Source of the DNA: Lachnospiraceae bacterium
Lineage (GTDB): Bacteria; Bacillota; Clostridia; Lachnospirales; Lachnospiraceae
Direction of reading: 5' to 3'
Length of the DNA: 64,000 nucleotides
Assembly: GCA_024403485.1 (NCBI GenBank)
Contig: JAKSRT010000002.1
Span: 22,331-86,330, forward strand
Part shown: positions 35,233-45,635 of the stretch, piece after piece
Position numbering within the stretch: the stretch's first letter is position 1
How the letters are laid out: every line of letters begins with the position of its first letter
Notes under the pieces: model-generated
What the model was told of the DNA's origin: nothing
Seen by the model: the letters and a program-made list of their open reading frames with translations, nothing else
Database searches by the model: none
Program-made: the position numbers and the translations under genes

Positions 35233-37353
35233 ATGTCGGATATAGCAGAAAATACAGTAGAAACAATTACAAACAACAGAACAATAGAAAAAGTCGGTAA
35301 GGTTACTCTGGATTATACAGTATATTCAGGGCAGGATTTATATTGCGACGGAGCTATTGAAGACGAATTACTGGAAATATCCAAAAAGTTTGCACCGGTT
35401 GAGTTTCCCGATGTTATTGAGAGTCGGGCACAATGGCCGGTGCTTTATCACTTATCCGGGGCTCGTGAAAATATTGTGAGATGGCTGCCTATTACCAAAA
35501 AAGATAAGGTATTGGAAGTTGGTTCGGGCTGCGGTGCAATAACAGGTGCATTTACGACTATGGCAGGCGAAGTGGTCTCCTGCGATCTTTCTAAAAAGAG
35601 AAGTCTTATAAACGCAAATCGTCACATGGATGCCGACAATCTGACTATTCATGTAGGCAATTTTACGGATGTGGAAAAGAATCTTCCGGTGGACTTCGAT
35701 TATATATGTCTTATCGGTGTATTTGAATATGGAGCATCATATATAAAGTCCGAAAAACCCTACGAAGATTTCCTTGCTTTATTGCTAAAGCACCTAAAAC
35801 CGGACGGAAGACTGATTATTGCAATAGAAAACAGAATGGGGCTTAAGTACTTTGCGGGATGCAAAGAGGACCATGTCAGCCGCTATTTTGCAGGAATAGA
35901 AGGCTATAAAGCCGGTGATGGGGTAAGAACCTTTTCTAAAGAAGGATTGATTAAGATATTTGAGTCTGCAGGAATTGATAATTACCAATTCTTTTATCCT
36001 TATCCCGATTATAAGTTTATGCACACCCTGTTTTCTGACGAAAGACTGCCAAGACTGGGTGAATTGAAAGATAATAAGCGTAATTTCGACCAGGACCGTA
36101 TGGACCTGTTCTCTGAAAAGGATGCTTTTGACAGTTTGATTGAGGATGGAACCTTTGACAAATTTTCAAATTCATACCTTGTGGTTTTGGGTCCGGAGGT
36201 AAATGTTAATTACGCCAGGTTCTCCAATGACAGGGCCAGAGAGTATCAGATATATACTTCGCAGGAAAAAGTGGAACTGGGTAACAGGAAAATTGATATT
36301 ATTAAAAAATATCCCCTTTATCCCGAAGGAAGAAAGCACATATGTAACCTCGAAGACTATTATCACGGTCTTAAAAAGCGTTATGAGGGCGGAAAGCTTA
36401 AAATTAACCGCTGTGAGGTAATAAATAAGGAAGAAAATCCGGTTGCATGCTTTGAATTCGTGAGGGGTAAGACCTTGGAAGAATTGTTAGACAATTGCAT
36501 AAATGAAAATAATCTTGCAGGATTCGATTCATTGTTCGGAAAATATCTCGATTTAGTAGGATATAATGACACAGAACGTATAGCAGATATAGATATTGTC
36601 TTTTCAAATATTTTAGTGGATGAAGAGACGGATTCCTGGACATTAATAGACTATGAATGGACAAAAGAAAGTTTGGTTCCGGTAAGAGAAACCGCATTTA
36701 GAGCCATTTACTGCTATTTATTGGAAGATAAAAAGCGTGAAAAAATAAATTATGATTTAATTTTGGAGAGGATAAACATATCAAATGAGGCCGCAGAATT
36801 ACTGAAAGAGGATGAAGCAGCTTTTCAAAAGCGGGTTACCGGAAAGTATCGTTCCATGCAGGAGCTAAGAGATATGATTGGTAAAAAAATCTCAAGTCCT
36901 TATGAGTTTATTGAAAAGCTTTCAGATTCGTCAGGCGCATATATGTTTCAGATATATCCTGCTAATTTTGACGGAACGTTTTCTGAAGAAACATCATATT
37001 TTTATGATAAAGCATATACGGATGATAAGTCTGCGTCGGTGTGTGTACCTATTTCACCGGAAATGAGATACGTCAGATTGGATCCTCTTAGAAATTATTG
37101 CCTTGTAAGAATATTAGAGGCTGATATAGACGGAAATCCGTATCCTATAGACAGCAAGAAGTTTCTTCTTTGCAACGGGCGAAGAATCGGTTCGGATTCA
37201 TTTGTGTTTGCTACAGAGGACCCGAATCTGGTATTTACGCTTGAAGGTCTTGCTAGAAATGCAGACAGTCTTCTAAACGTGACTATGGAAATAACTGAAT
37301 TGACAAAAGAAACTGCTGAGAAAATATCGGACAATATCAAGAGAATTTTTTAA
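35233..37353 (+). CDS. SAM-dependent methyltransferase fused to a kinase-like domain (WbdD-like putative glycan chain terminator)
   Basis: 'VLEVGSGCGAIT' motif I, 'FDYICLIGVFEY' and 'LKPDG'; then 'FEFVRGKTLEELL...DIDIVFSNILVD...LIDYEW', resembling APH/protein-kinase catalytic and Mg-binding loops. Confidence 0.75.
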   Translation: MSDIAENTVETITNNRTIEKVGKVTLDYTVYSGQDLYCDGAIEDELLEISKKFAPVEFPDVIESRAQWPVLYHLSGARENIVRWLPITKKDKVLEVGSGCGAITGAFTTMAGEVVSCDLSKKRSLINANRHMDADNLTIHVGNFTDVEKNLPVDFDYICLIGVFEYGASYIKSEKPYEDFLALLLKHLKPDGRLIIAIENRMGLKYFAGCKEDHVSRYFAGIEGYKAGDGVRTFSKEGLIKIFESAGIDNYQFFYPYPDYKFMHTLFSDERLPRLGELKDNKRNFDQDRMDLFSEKDAFDSLIEDGTFDKFSNSYLVVLGPEVNVNYARFSNDRAREYQIYTSQEKVELGNRKIDIIKKYPLYPEGRKHICNLEDYYHGLKKRYEGGKLKINRCEVINKEENPVACFEFVRGKTLEELLDNCINENNLAGFDSLFGKYLDLVGYNDTERIADIDIVFSNILVDEETDSWTLIDYEWTKESLVPVRETAFRAIYCYLLEDKKREKINYDLILERINISNEAAELLKEDEAAFQKRVTGKYRSMQELRDMIGKKISSPYEFIEKLSDSSGAYMFQIYPANFDGTFSEETSYFYDKAYTDDKSASVCVPISPEMRYVRLDPLRNYCLVRILEADIDGNPYPIDSKKFLLCNGRRIGSDSFVFATEDPNLVFTLEGLARNADSLLNVTMEITELTKETAEKISDNIKRIF

Positions 37354-37359
37354 TTGTAA

Positions 37360-39429
37360 ATGAGCATAAAAGACTGTATAAAGAAAAAAATAACAGAAAA
37401 ACTTACAAATCGGGCTGAACTTAGTTACGGGAATACTTTGGAGAGAAAAAGTCTTTCCTTTGATTCCTGGATAAGGGTGGTGGAAGAAGGACTCGAGCGC
37501 TTTGATATGAGCTACGATCCTGAAAAGCTTGAACAGTTAAAGTATAGAAAAAATAATGGAGACGCATCCTATACCACGCATTATGAAGGGATGACCGTCA
37601 GCATTGTTCCGTATAATAATGTGGGTGAGAATTTTGTTATAAAAAATATCATCGAAGATATCATTGTTTTTGTTAACGGAAATTTAACTGACAGAGCGGT
37701 TCCTCTGATTGTTAAGCATTTTAAGTCAAATCCAAACTGCAGTATCATTTATGGTGATGAAGATATTGCCACAATAAATGAGGACGCAAAAGGCTACTAC
37801 GGGCAGAGCGTATATGGCAGCAGAGTAAACCCGTATTTTAAGCCTGATTGGTCGCCTAATGCATTTTTGTCACATTTCTATTTTTGCAATATGGTTGCAA
37901 TCAGGAGAACTGCCTTTAGAGATATTGAGCTAAGTACAGGGTTGACGGGGGCGGCATCAATCTACCATACATTATTAAGATATTTATATGAAGAACCGCA
38001 GAGAATTTATTTTGCCGTTAAACATATAGACGAAATTCTTGTACATGCAACGGATTATGAGTGTAATGATATTACGGATGAGGCGGCTTTCAAACTATCG
38101 AAAAAACTTAAAAGTAAGGGATACGCCGAGGAGTTTTCGATAACGAACAAAACCTCACTGTCTGTAATAATTCCGAGTAAAGATAATCCCCAAATGCTTG
38201 AAAAATGCATTTCTTCGCTATATGATGCGTGCCCGGGATATATAGTTCCTGAAATTATTGTTGTTGATAACGGCAGCATGGAAGCTAATAAACTCATAAT
38301 CGAAAAACTGTCGGATAAGCTTCATTTTAGATATGAATATCATCCTATGGAGTTTAATTTTGCCAGAATGTGCAATATAGGAGCCAATGTATCAAGAGGG
38401 GAATTTATCCTTTTTCTTAATGATGATGTCAGCTTTGTGGAACCTTATACCCTTGAAGAGATGGTTAAGCAGGCATCGTATGACTTTACCGGAGCTGTTG
38501 GCGCGAAGCTTTTGTATCCGAATTCTAAAAAAATTCAGCATGCAGGAGTCATAAATAACCGAATCGGACCGGTGCACAAGTTGCAGTTTGCCGACGATGC
38601 CATTAATCACTATTTTGGATTTAACAGATATATTCAAAATGTTCTTGCGGTTACGGGCGCTTGCATACTAATGCAAAAGAAACTGTATGTCAGTGTAGGC
38701 GGTATGAACGAGAATCTGCGGGTTGCTTTTAATGACGTTGATCTTTGCATGAAAATTGCAGAAGCCGGATATTTTAATGTGTGCTGTAATAATATTTGCC
38801 TCGAGCACGCTGAGTCGGTGAGTCGTGGCAAAGATACCGATCCGGATGCACTTAAACGCCTTTTGGATGAAAAGAAAAAGTTATATGAAGGTCATCCTGC
38901 TTATAAAGGAACTGATCCTTTTTACAGTAAATATCTCGTGGCGGATTGCCTTGATACAAGAATCGTACCGGCTAATGAATACGAATATGTGACAAATGTT
39001 GAGAATGTTACGGAACCCAAACTTATTTCTTTGAAAAAAGCAAAAGAAGACGATTGCGTATTCTTGAATATAGAAGAAGCTGCCGAGTTTTCGCAATATT
39101 CTTGGGATGACGACGAAGAGGGATATTATATTCAGGGATTTTCCTTTGTTACCGGCTCAAATAACGCATGTTATAAAAGACAGATACTGTTGAAGCCCGA
39201 TGAATCGGACAAATGCTATGCATTTGAGTATGAAGGATGTTTAAGAAATGATGTGGCACTGAATTGCCCGGATCAGAGTAATGTAGATTTAAGCGGATTC
39301 AGCCTATACATAAATAAGGAATTGCTTCCTGAAGGTACATACAGAGTGGGGATTTTACAAACACATCTGTGGGCCAACCAGAAGCTGTATAGATTTTCCA
39401 ACAGAGATCTTTTGATCAAACGAGGTTAA
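37360..39429 (+). CDS. Multi-domain GT2 glycosyltransferase
   Basis: Partial first GT2 ('IYGDED','FKPDWSP'); second GT2 ('SVIIPSKD','VVDNGS','FLNDD','IQHAG','AFNDVDLC','HAESVSRG'); C-terminal beta domain. Confidence 0.88.
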   Translation: MSIKDCIKKKITEKLTNRAELSYGNTLERKSLSFDSWIRVVEEGLERFDMSYDPEKLEQLKYRKNNGDASYTTHYEGMTVSIVPYNNVGENFVIKNIIEDIIVFVNGNLTDRAVPLIVKHFKSNPNCSIIYGDEDIATINEDAKGYYGQSVYGSRVNPYFKPDWSPNAFLSHFYFCNMVAIRRTAFRDIELSTGLTGAASIYHTLLRYLYEEPQRIYFAVKHIDEILVHATDYECNDITDEAAFKLSKKLKSKGYAEEFSITNKTSLSVIIPSKDNPQMLEKCISSLYDACPGYIVPEIIVVDNGSMEANKLIIEKLSDKLHFRYEYHPMEFNFARMCNIGANVSRGEFILFLNDDVSFVEPYTLEEMVKQASYDFTGAVGAKLLYPNSKKIQHAGVINNRIGPVHKLQFADDAINHYFGFNRYIQNVLAVTGACILMQKKLYVSVGGMNENLRVAFNDVDLCMKIAEAGYFNVCCNNICLEHAESVSRGKDTDPDALKRLLDEKKKLYEGHPAYKGTDPFYSKYLVADCLDTRIVPANEYEYVTNVENVTEPKLISLKKAKEDDCVFLNIEEAAEFSQYSWDDDEEGYYIQGFSFVTGSNNACYKRQILLKPDESDKCYAFEYEGCLRNDVALNCPDQSNVDLSGFSLYINKELLPEGTYRVGILQTHLWANQKLYRFSNRDLLIKRG

Positions 39430-39430
39430 T

Positions 39431-41377
39431 ATGGATTACAAGGAATTATACGACGGTGAACTTGAAAGAAATGCTCTTTTAGCCGAAAGAATAGCAGAAC
39501 TTGAGGAAGAAAAAGAGGAACTTTCTTTCAAATTAAACAGAATAAAGAATAACCCTTTGTGGAAAGCCAGTGCTCCGGCCAGAAAGGCGATGCATTTCTG
39601 CATAAGAAATATGCGTAGGATTAAAAACTTGGGCGGTCCACGCGGAATACTTGCCAAAATTGATTATAAGAAGCGTGAAAAAGAAGCTATGAAGCAGTAT
39701 GGTACCAAGAGCTTTCCCGATGATGCCAAAAGAGCAATGGAGGAAAACGCCGTATTTGAATACAGACCGCTGATTTCCATTCTTGTTCCTTTATATAACA
39801 CGCAAAAAGATATGTTAAAGGAAATGATAGATTCTGTTGAATGGCAAACATACTCCGACTGGGAACTCTGTTTGGCAGACGGCTCCGACAACGAACATGC
39901 ATATGTTAAAGGTGTGGTTGAAAGCTACAACGATGCCCGCATCAAATATATGAAGCTTGAAAAGAACGAAGGAATATCCGGAAATACAAACAAGTGCCTT
40001 GAACTTGCCACAGGAGATTATATCGGCCTTTTCGACCACGATGATATTCTTCATCCGGAAGCATTATATGAATATGTAAAGGTAATTAATGAGCAGAAAG
40101 CAGATTATATTTACTGTGATGAAACTACTTTCAAAAGCGGTAATATCGATCATATGCTTACCATGCATTTTAAACCGGATTATTCCATTGACAATCTAAG
40201 AGCAAATAATTATATCTGTCATTTTAGTGTATTTAAACGCTCGCTTCTGGAGGGAACGGAGCTGTTTCGTTCAAGGTTTGACGGAAGTCAGGACCACGAT
40301 ATGATTTTAAGACTTACGGACAAGGCGGAGAAAATTGTTCATGTTCCGAGACTGCTTTATTACTGGCGCTGCCATTCAGGCTCGGTTGCTTCCAATATAT
40401 CGGCCAAGGAGTATGCCATTGCGGCAGCTAAGGGCGCGGTAGCCGATCACTTAAGAAGTCACGGATATACAGATTTCAAAATAACGAGTACGAGAGCTTT
40501 TGAAACAATTTTCAAGATTCGTTACAAGATTAACGGAACCCCTCTTATTTCAATAGTTATTGCAAATAAGGACCATAGGGAAGACCTTGAAAGGTGCGTA
40601 AGTTCAATACTGGAAAAATCTACCTATACAAACTATGAGATAATTATAGTAGAGAACAATTCGACCGATCCTAAGACATTTGAAACCTATGATGCATTAA
40701 AGAAGATGTCGGATAAGATATCCGTAGTAACCTTTGAAGGCAAATTCAACTATTCAAAGGTTAATAATTTGGGAGTTTCAAATGCAAAGGGTGAATATGT
40801 TCTTTTGCTTAATAATGATACAGAGGTAATAACCGTAAACTGGCTGGAAGAGCTTCTTATGTATGCACAGCGAGAAGATGTGGGAGCTGTCGGCGGAAAA
40901 CTATATTATGCAGACAGAACAATTCAGCATGCGGGAGTGGTAATCGGACTTGGAGCTCACAGAACCGCGGGCCATACTCACTACAAACAGTCTCGTGAGA
41001 ATCTGGGATATATGGGACGTCTTTGTTACACTCAGAATGTTACGGCTGTTACCGGTGCCTGTCTCATGGTAAAGAAGACCCTCTGGGATGAAGTGGGTGG
41101 CCTCGAAGAAGAATTTGAAATATCATTAAACGATGTGGACTTCTGTCTTAAGCTTCGCGAAAAGGGATATCTTAACGTGTTCACTCCTTTTGCCGAACTT
41201 TATCATTATGAATCAATTTCAAGGGGACTTGACGATCAGGGCGAAAAGGCAGAGAGATATAACAAGGAATCGGCAAGATTCAGGGAAAAATGGAAGGAAG
41301 CGCTTGAAAAGGGCGATCCGTACTACAATCCCAATTTTTCTTTGGACAGAAGCGATTATTCTGTCAGAATAATTTGA
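39431..41377 (+). CDS. Dual-domain GT2 glycosyltransferase (probable polymerase) with N-terminal coiled coil
   Basis: Heptad-rich 'ELERNALLAERIAELEEEKEELSFKLNRIK'; two GT2 domains ('SILVPLYNT','FDHDD','GSQDHD'; 'LLNND','IQHAG','LNDVDFC'). Confidence 0.92.
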   Translation: MDYKELYDGELERNALLAERIAELEEEKEELSFKLNRIKNNPLWKASAPARKAMHFCIRNMRRIKNLGGPRGILAKIDYKKREKEAMKQYGTKSFPDDAKRAMEENAVFEYRPLISILVPLYNTQKDMLKEMIDSVEWQTYSDWELCLADGSDNEHAYVKGVVESYNDARIKYMKLEKNEGISGNTNKCLELATGDYIGLFDHDDILHPEALYEYVKVINEQKADYIYCDETTFKSGNIDHMLTMHFKPDYSIDNLRANNYICHFSVFKRSLLEGTELFRSRFDGSQDHDMILRLTDKAEKIVHVPRLLYYWRCHSGSVASNISAKEYAIAAAKGAVADHLRSHGYTDFKITSTRAFETIFKIRYKINGTPLISIVIANKDHREDLERCVSSILEKSTYTNYEIIIVENNSTDPKTFETYDALKKMSDKISVVTFEGKFNYSKVNNLGVSNAKGEYVLLLNNDTEVITVNWLEELLMYAQREDVGAVGGKLYYADRTIQHAGVVIGLGAHRTAGHTHYKQSRENLGYMGRLCYTQNVTAVTGACLMVKKTLWDEVGGLEEEFEISLNDVDFCLKLREKGYLNVFTPFAELYHYESISRGLDDQGEKAERYNKESARFREKWKEALEKGDPYYNPNFSLDRSDYSVRII

Positions 41378-41402
41378 GATTTCTAAATTAATTAAGTATA
41401 AT
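41374..41402 (+). promoter_or_regulatory. Sigma-A promoter for pgm
   Basis: TTGAGA-N17-TATAAT. Confidence 0.65.
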
Positions 41403-41438
41403 AATTGCTTGAAAAGGCATAACACAGGAGGTTATCAA

Positions 41439-43163
41439 ATGAATGATGTAAAGGCACAATATGATTTCTGGTGCAGCGATTCCTATTTTGATGATGCTAC
41501 AAAGGCAGAACTTAAGGCTATTGCTGACAACGAGAATGAAATCACCGACAGATTTTACAAGGATCTTGCATTCGGTACAGGCGGGCTTCGAGGCGTAATC
41601 GGCGCAGGTACCAACAGAATGAACGTATATACCGTCAGAAAGGCTACACAGGGCCTTGCCAATTATATAATTAAGCAGGGTGGCCAGGACAAGGGAGTGG
41701 CCATTGCTTACGATTCCAGACGTATGTCTCCGGAATTTGCTGATGAAGCAGCACTTTGTCTTAATGCTAACGGAATTAAGGCATATGTATTCGATGCATT
41801 AAGACCTACTCCCGAACTTTCTTTTGCACTTCGTACAAAGAAGTGTATCGCAGGTATTGTGGTTACAGCAAGCCATAATCCTCCCGAATATAACGGATAT
41901 AAGGTATATTGGGAAGACGGCGCACAGGTTACTGCTCCCAAGGATACCGAGATTATTACCGAAGTAAATAATGTGACCGATTATCATACCGTAAAAACAA
42001 TGAGCCTTGAAGATGCTAAGGCACAGGGCCTTTACAATGTAATCGGAGCAGAAATAGATGATTTGTACATGGAAGAACTTAAAAAGCAAATTCTTCACCC
42101 TGAAATCATCAAGGCAGTTGCTAAGGACATCAAGATAGTATATTCACCTTTTAACGGAACCGGTAATGTTCCTGCAAGACGTATTCTTAAAGAACTCGGT
42201 TTTGAAAACGTATACGTAGTACCTGAACAGGAAATGCCCGATCCTAATTTCACAACTTTGGAATATCCTAACCCTGAAGATCCTAAGGCATTTACTCTTG
42301 CGCTTAAGCTTGCAAAAGAAAAAGGTGCTGATGTGGTTCTTGCAACAGACCCTGATGCAGACAGACTGGGTATTTATGCATATGATACAAAGTCGGGTGA
42401 ATATGTACCTTTCACAGGAAATATGTCCGGCATGCTTATCGCGGAATATATTTTAAGAGAACGTACAAAGCTTGGCCTTATGCCCGAAAATCCTGCAATG
42501 GTTAAGACAATTGTTACCACAAATATGGCAGATCCTATTGCGGAAAAATACAATACAAAGCTTATTGAAGTATTAACCGGATTCAAGTTTATCGGTGAAC
42601 AGATTAAATTATTTGAACAGACAGGTTCAAATAACTATGTATTCGGTCTTGAGGAAAGCTACGGATGTCTTGCCGGAACACATGCAAGAGATAAGGATGC
42701 CATTGTTGCTGTTATGTGTCTTTGCGAAGTTGCTGCATGGTGCAAGTACAACAACATTACCCTTTGGGACCAGATGCTTAATATTTACAAGGAATTCGGT
42801 TTCTTTAAGGAAGATTTATATACTATTACCCTTAAGGGAATGGATGGATCCGCTAAGATTCAGGAAATGATGGAAAATCTTCGTAAAAATCCTCCCAAGA
42901 ACTTTGGTGATCTTAAAGTACTCTCTTTCAGAGACTACGAAATGGATACAATTACCGATATGGCTACAGGCGCTGTAACTCCTACCGGTCTTCCCAAGTC
43001 AAATGTTCTTTACTTTGACCTTGATAACAATTCATGGTGCTGTGCACGTCCCTCCGGAACAGAACCCAAGATTAAGTTTTACATGGGTGTTAAGGGTGAA
43101 TCTCTTGAAGATGCACAGGCAAAGGTAGCTAAGCTTACCGATGACTTAAAGGCAGTATTATAA
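41439..43163 (+). CDS. pgm: Phosphoglucomutase/phosphomannomutase
   Basis: 'FGTGGLRG', 'TASHNP' (phospho-Ser), 'DPDADR', 'GLEESYG', 'RPSGTEPK'. Start at ATG 41439 after GGAGG. Confidence 0.95.
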   Translation: MNDVKAQYDFWCSDSYFDDATKAELKAIADNENEITDRFYKDLAFGTGGLRGVIGAGTNRMNVYTVRKATQGLANYIIKQGGQDKGVAIAYDSRRMSPEFADEAALCLNANGIKAYVFDALRPTPELSFALRTKKCIAGIVVTASHNPPEYNGYKVYWEDGAQVTAPKDTEIITEVNNVTDYHTVKTMSLEDAKAQGLYNVIGAEIDDLYMEELKKQILHPEIIKAVAKDIKIVYSPFNGTGNVPARRILKELGFENVYVVPEQEMPDPNFTTLEYPNPEDPKAFTLALKLAKEKGADVVLATDPDADRLGIYAYDTKSGEYVPFTGNMSGMLIAEYILRERTKLGLMPENPAMVKTIVTTNMADPIAEKYNTKLIEVLTGFKFIGEQIKLFEQTGSNNYVFGLEESYGCLAGTHARDKDAIVAVMCLCEVAAWCKYNNITLWDQMLNIYKEFGFFKEDLYTITLKGMDGSAKIQEMMENLRKNPPKNFGDLKVLSFRDYEMDTITDMATGAVTPTGLPKSNVLYFDLDNNSWCCARPSGTEPKIKFYMGVKGESLEDAQAKVAKLTDDLKAVL

Positions 43164-43171
43164 GAAATAAT

Positions 43172-45568
43172 ATGAGCAAAATAAGTAAAACTATAGCTTA
43201 TTTTAAGCGAAACGGTCTTACAAATACATATTATGCAGCAAAGGAACGTCTTTTGGAATCAAAAGGCGTTCCTTATAATTATGCAAAAGTTTCTGAGGAT
43301 ATACTGGAATCTCAAAGAAAAGTTTCGGTAAATCCGTCTATTATAATCAGTATTCTGGTTCCGTTATATGAAACTCCGGAAAAGTACCTGCGTGAAATGA
43401 TAGAGTCTGTTATCAAACAGACATATCCGGGGTGGGAACTGGTTCTTGCCGATGCCTCCGCCAGCGATAATGTGAAAAATGTAGTATCGGAATATGCTGA
43501 CGTTTTAGATGGCAATGATACCAAAGAAAACAGAATTAAATATATAAGGCTCAAAGAAAATAAAGGCATTTCGGAAAATACAAATGCGGGATTGGCAGCG
43601 GCCTCGGGAGATTACATAGGCCTTCTTGATCATGATGATTTGCTTACGGAGAATGCATTGTTTGAAGTGGCGGCAGTTATTATGAAAAACCGCGTAAACG
43701 GCATAAATACGGGATTTATTTACTCTGATGAAGATAAGTGCAACTCAGATGGAAGTGTATTTTATGAGCCAAATATTAAACCTGAATTTAACTTAGACTA
43801 TCTTTTGTCTAATAATTATATATGCCATTTTTCGGTATTTGAGGCTTCTCTCCTCAAGGAAGCGGGCTTTAGAAAGGAATATGACGGAGCACAGGATCAT
43901 GACGTGATACTTCGTGTTGCCGGAAAGCTTGCACTAAACGGAGAATATAACAAAATAAAACATATTCCGAAGGTTTTATATCACTGGAGATGCCATGAAG
44001 CTTCTACGGCAGCAAATCCTGAAAGTAAAAATTATGCATATGAAGCAGGAAGAAGAGCAGTGGAAGATTTCACCGGAGTAACTGCAAGTCATACTCTTCA
44101 TAAAGGGTTCTTTCATGCAGATTACGGACGAGAGCTTTTTACGGTAAGAAAAGACATCGGAGCAGTCGGAGGTCTTGTTTTTAAGGGTAATAAAATAACA
44201 GGCGGTGTTTATGAATCATCCGGCAAAATAATGTTTGAAAACATGGATAAACATTTCTCGGGAATGATGCACAGAGCACATTGTACAATGGATGCTTATG
44301 CCTTGGATTTGCGCTATTTAACGCCATCTGACGAGGTGCGTGATGTATATGAAAAAGCTCTGTTTGGATATCAAAAAGATTACATCCTGATTAAACAAAG
44401 AGGTGGAAATGCTGCCGTGATTTCATCAGATAAAAAGGCAGTTTTGGGGGATGATGCAGCTGCAGCCATAGTATGGAAATGGAGCCGTTATTTTGCTGAA
44501 GAGCTTCATAAAAGAGGATATAAACTGCTGTACGATCCTGAATATAAACCCGGAAAATATGAGTACAATTCCGGCAGAAATTTATCTGAAACCACAATTC
44601 CGGTTTCTGTGGTAATTCCTAATTTTAACGGTCTTGATTATCTTGGCCCATGCCTTGAAAGTATATATCGGTCTGACATGATCCCTGATGAAATAATAGT
44701 GGTGGATAATGCATCAAAGGATGGAAGCATAGACTTCATAAATAAAACATATCCTGATGTAAAAATTATTTCCCACGAAGAAAATTATGGTTTCACCGGA
44801 GCGGTGAATCATGGCATTGTCGCGTCGAAAAATCCGTATATTTTTCTTCTTAATAACGATACGGTTATTGAAAAGGACTGCATCAAAAACCTATATGAAG
44901 CCATAGGCAACAGCGACAAAGTATTTTCTGCAGGTGCGCTTATGCTGTCAATGGATGTGCCGGAAATAATAGATAACGCAGGTGATTCATATAGCCTGCT
45001 TGGTTATGCCAGATCGACCATGTCCGGTAAATCCCGATTTAACCTAAAGAAGAAAGAACCTTTTGAAGTGTTTACCGCGTGTGCGGGTGCAGCAATGTAC
45101 AAACGCAGTATTTTAAATGAAATAGGGCTCTTTGATGACAGGCATTTTGCATATTTCGAAGATGTTGACCTTGGGTACAGAGCCCGTATATCAGGATTTG
45201 ATAACATAAATGTGCCTTCTGCTGTGGTTTATCACAAAGGAAGTGCGGTGACTGGCTCAAAACATAATCGGTTTAAAGTAAATCTTTCTTCTCAGAATGC
45301 GGTGCTGCTTGCGGTTAAAAACCAACCTTTTTTACAGCTTTTGTTCAATATCCCGTTTTTGCTGCTGGGTTATCTTGTAAAACAGGCATTTTTTACATTA
45401 AAAGGTCTTGGCTTTGTTTATTTTAAAGGGACTTTAAGGGGAATAAAAATGTCTCTTTCAAGAGAAGGAAGAAGTCATAAAGTTAGGTATCGAATCAAAA
45501 ACTTCAAAAACTACTTCCGCATACAGACTTCAATGATAAAAGCCACTGTGTTCTTAAGAAAGACTTAA
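43172..45568 (+). CDS. Multi-domain GT2 glycosyltransferase (two complete GT2 domains with a degenerate middle segment)
   Basis: 'SILVPLYET','LDHDD','GAQDHD'; later 'SVVIPNFNG','VVDNASKDGS','LLNND','FAYFEDVDLG'. Confidence 0.9.
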   Translation: MSKISKTIAYFKRNGLTNTYYAAKERLLESKGVPYNYAKVSEDILESQRKVSVNPSIIISILVPLYETPEKYLREMIESVIKQTYPGWELVLADASASDNVKNVVSEYADVLDGNDTKENRIKYIRLKENKGISENTNAGLAAASGDYIGLLDHDDLLTENALFEVAAVIMKNRVNGINTGFIYSDEDKCNSDGSVFYEPNIKPEFNLDYLLSNNYICHFSVFEASLLKEAGFRKEYDGAQDHDVILRVAGKLALNGEYNKIKHIPKVLYHWRCHEASTAANPESKNYAYEAGRRAVEDFTGVTASHTLHKGFFHADYGRELFTVRKDIGAVGGLVFKGNKITGGVYESSGKIMFENMDKHFSGMMHRAHCTMDAYALDLRYLTPSDEVRDVYEKALFGYQKDYILIKQRGGNAAVISSDKKAVLGDDAAAAIVWKWSRYFAEELHKRGYKLLYDPEYKPGKYEYNSGRNLSETTIPVSVVIPNFNGLDYLGPCLESIYRSDMIPDEIIVVDNASKDGSIDFINKTYPDVKIISHEENYGFTGAVNHGIVASKNPYIFLLNNDTVIEKDCIKNLYEAIGNSDKVFSAGALMLSMDVPEIIDNAGDSYSLLGYARSTMSGKSRFNLKKKEPFEVFTACAGAAMYKRSILNEIGLFDDRHFAYFEDVDLGYRARISGFDNINVPSAVVYHKGSAVTGSKHNRFKVNLSSQNAVLLAVKNQPFLQLLFNIPFLLLGYLVKQAFFTLKGLGFVYFKGTLRGIKMSLSREGRSHKVRYRIKNFKNYFRIQTSMIKATVFLRKT

Positions 45569-45635
45569 ATTGTTTTTTGAATAGTACTGTTGTACCATAT
45601 ATTAAGTGATAATTCGCTCGAAAGGAGGAGACAAC

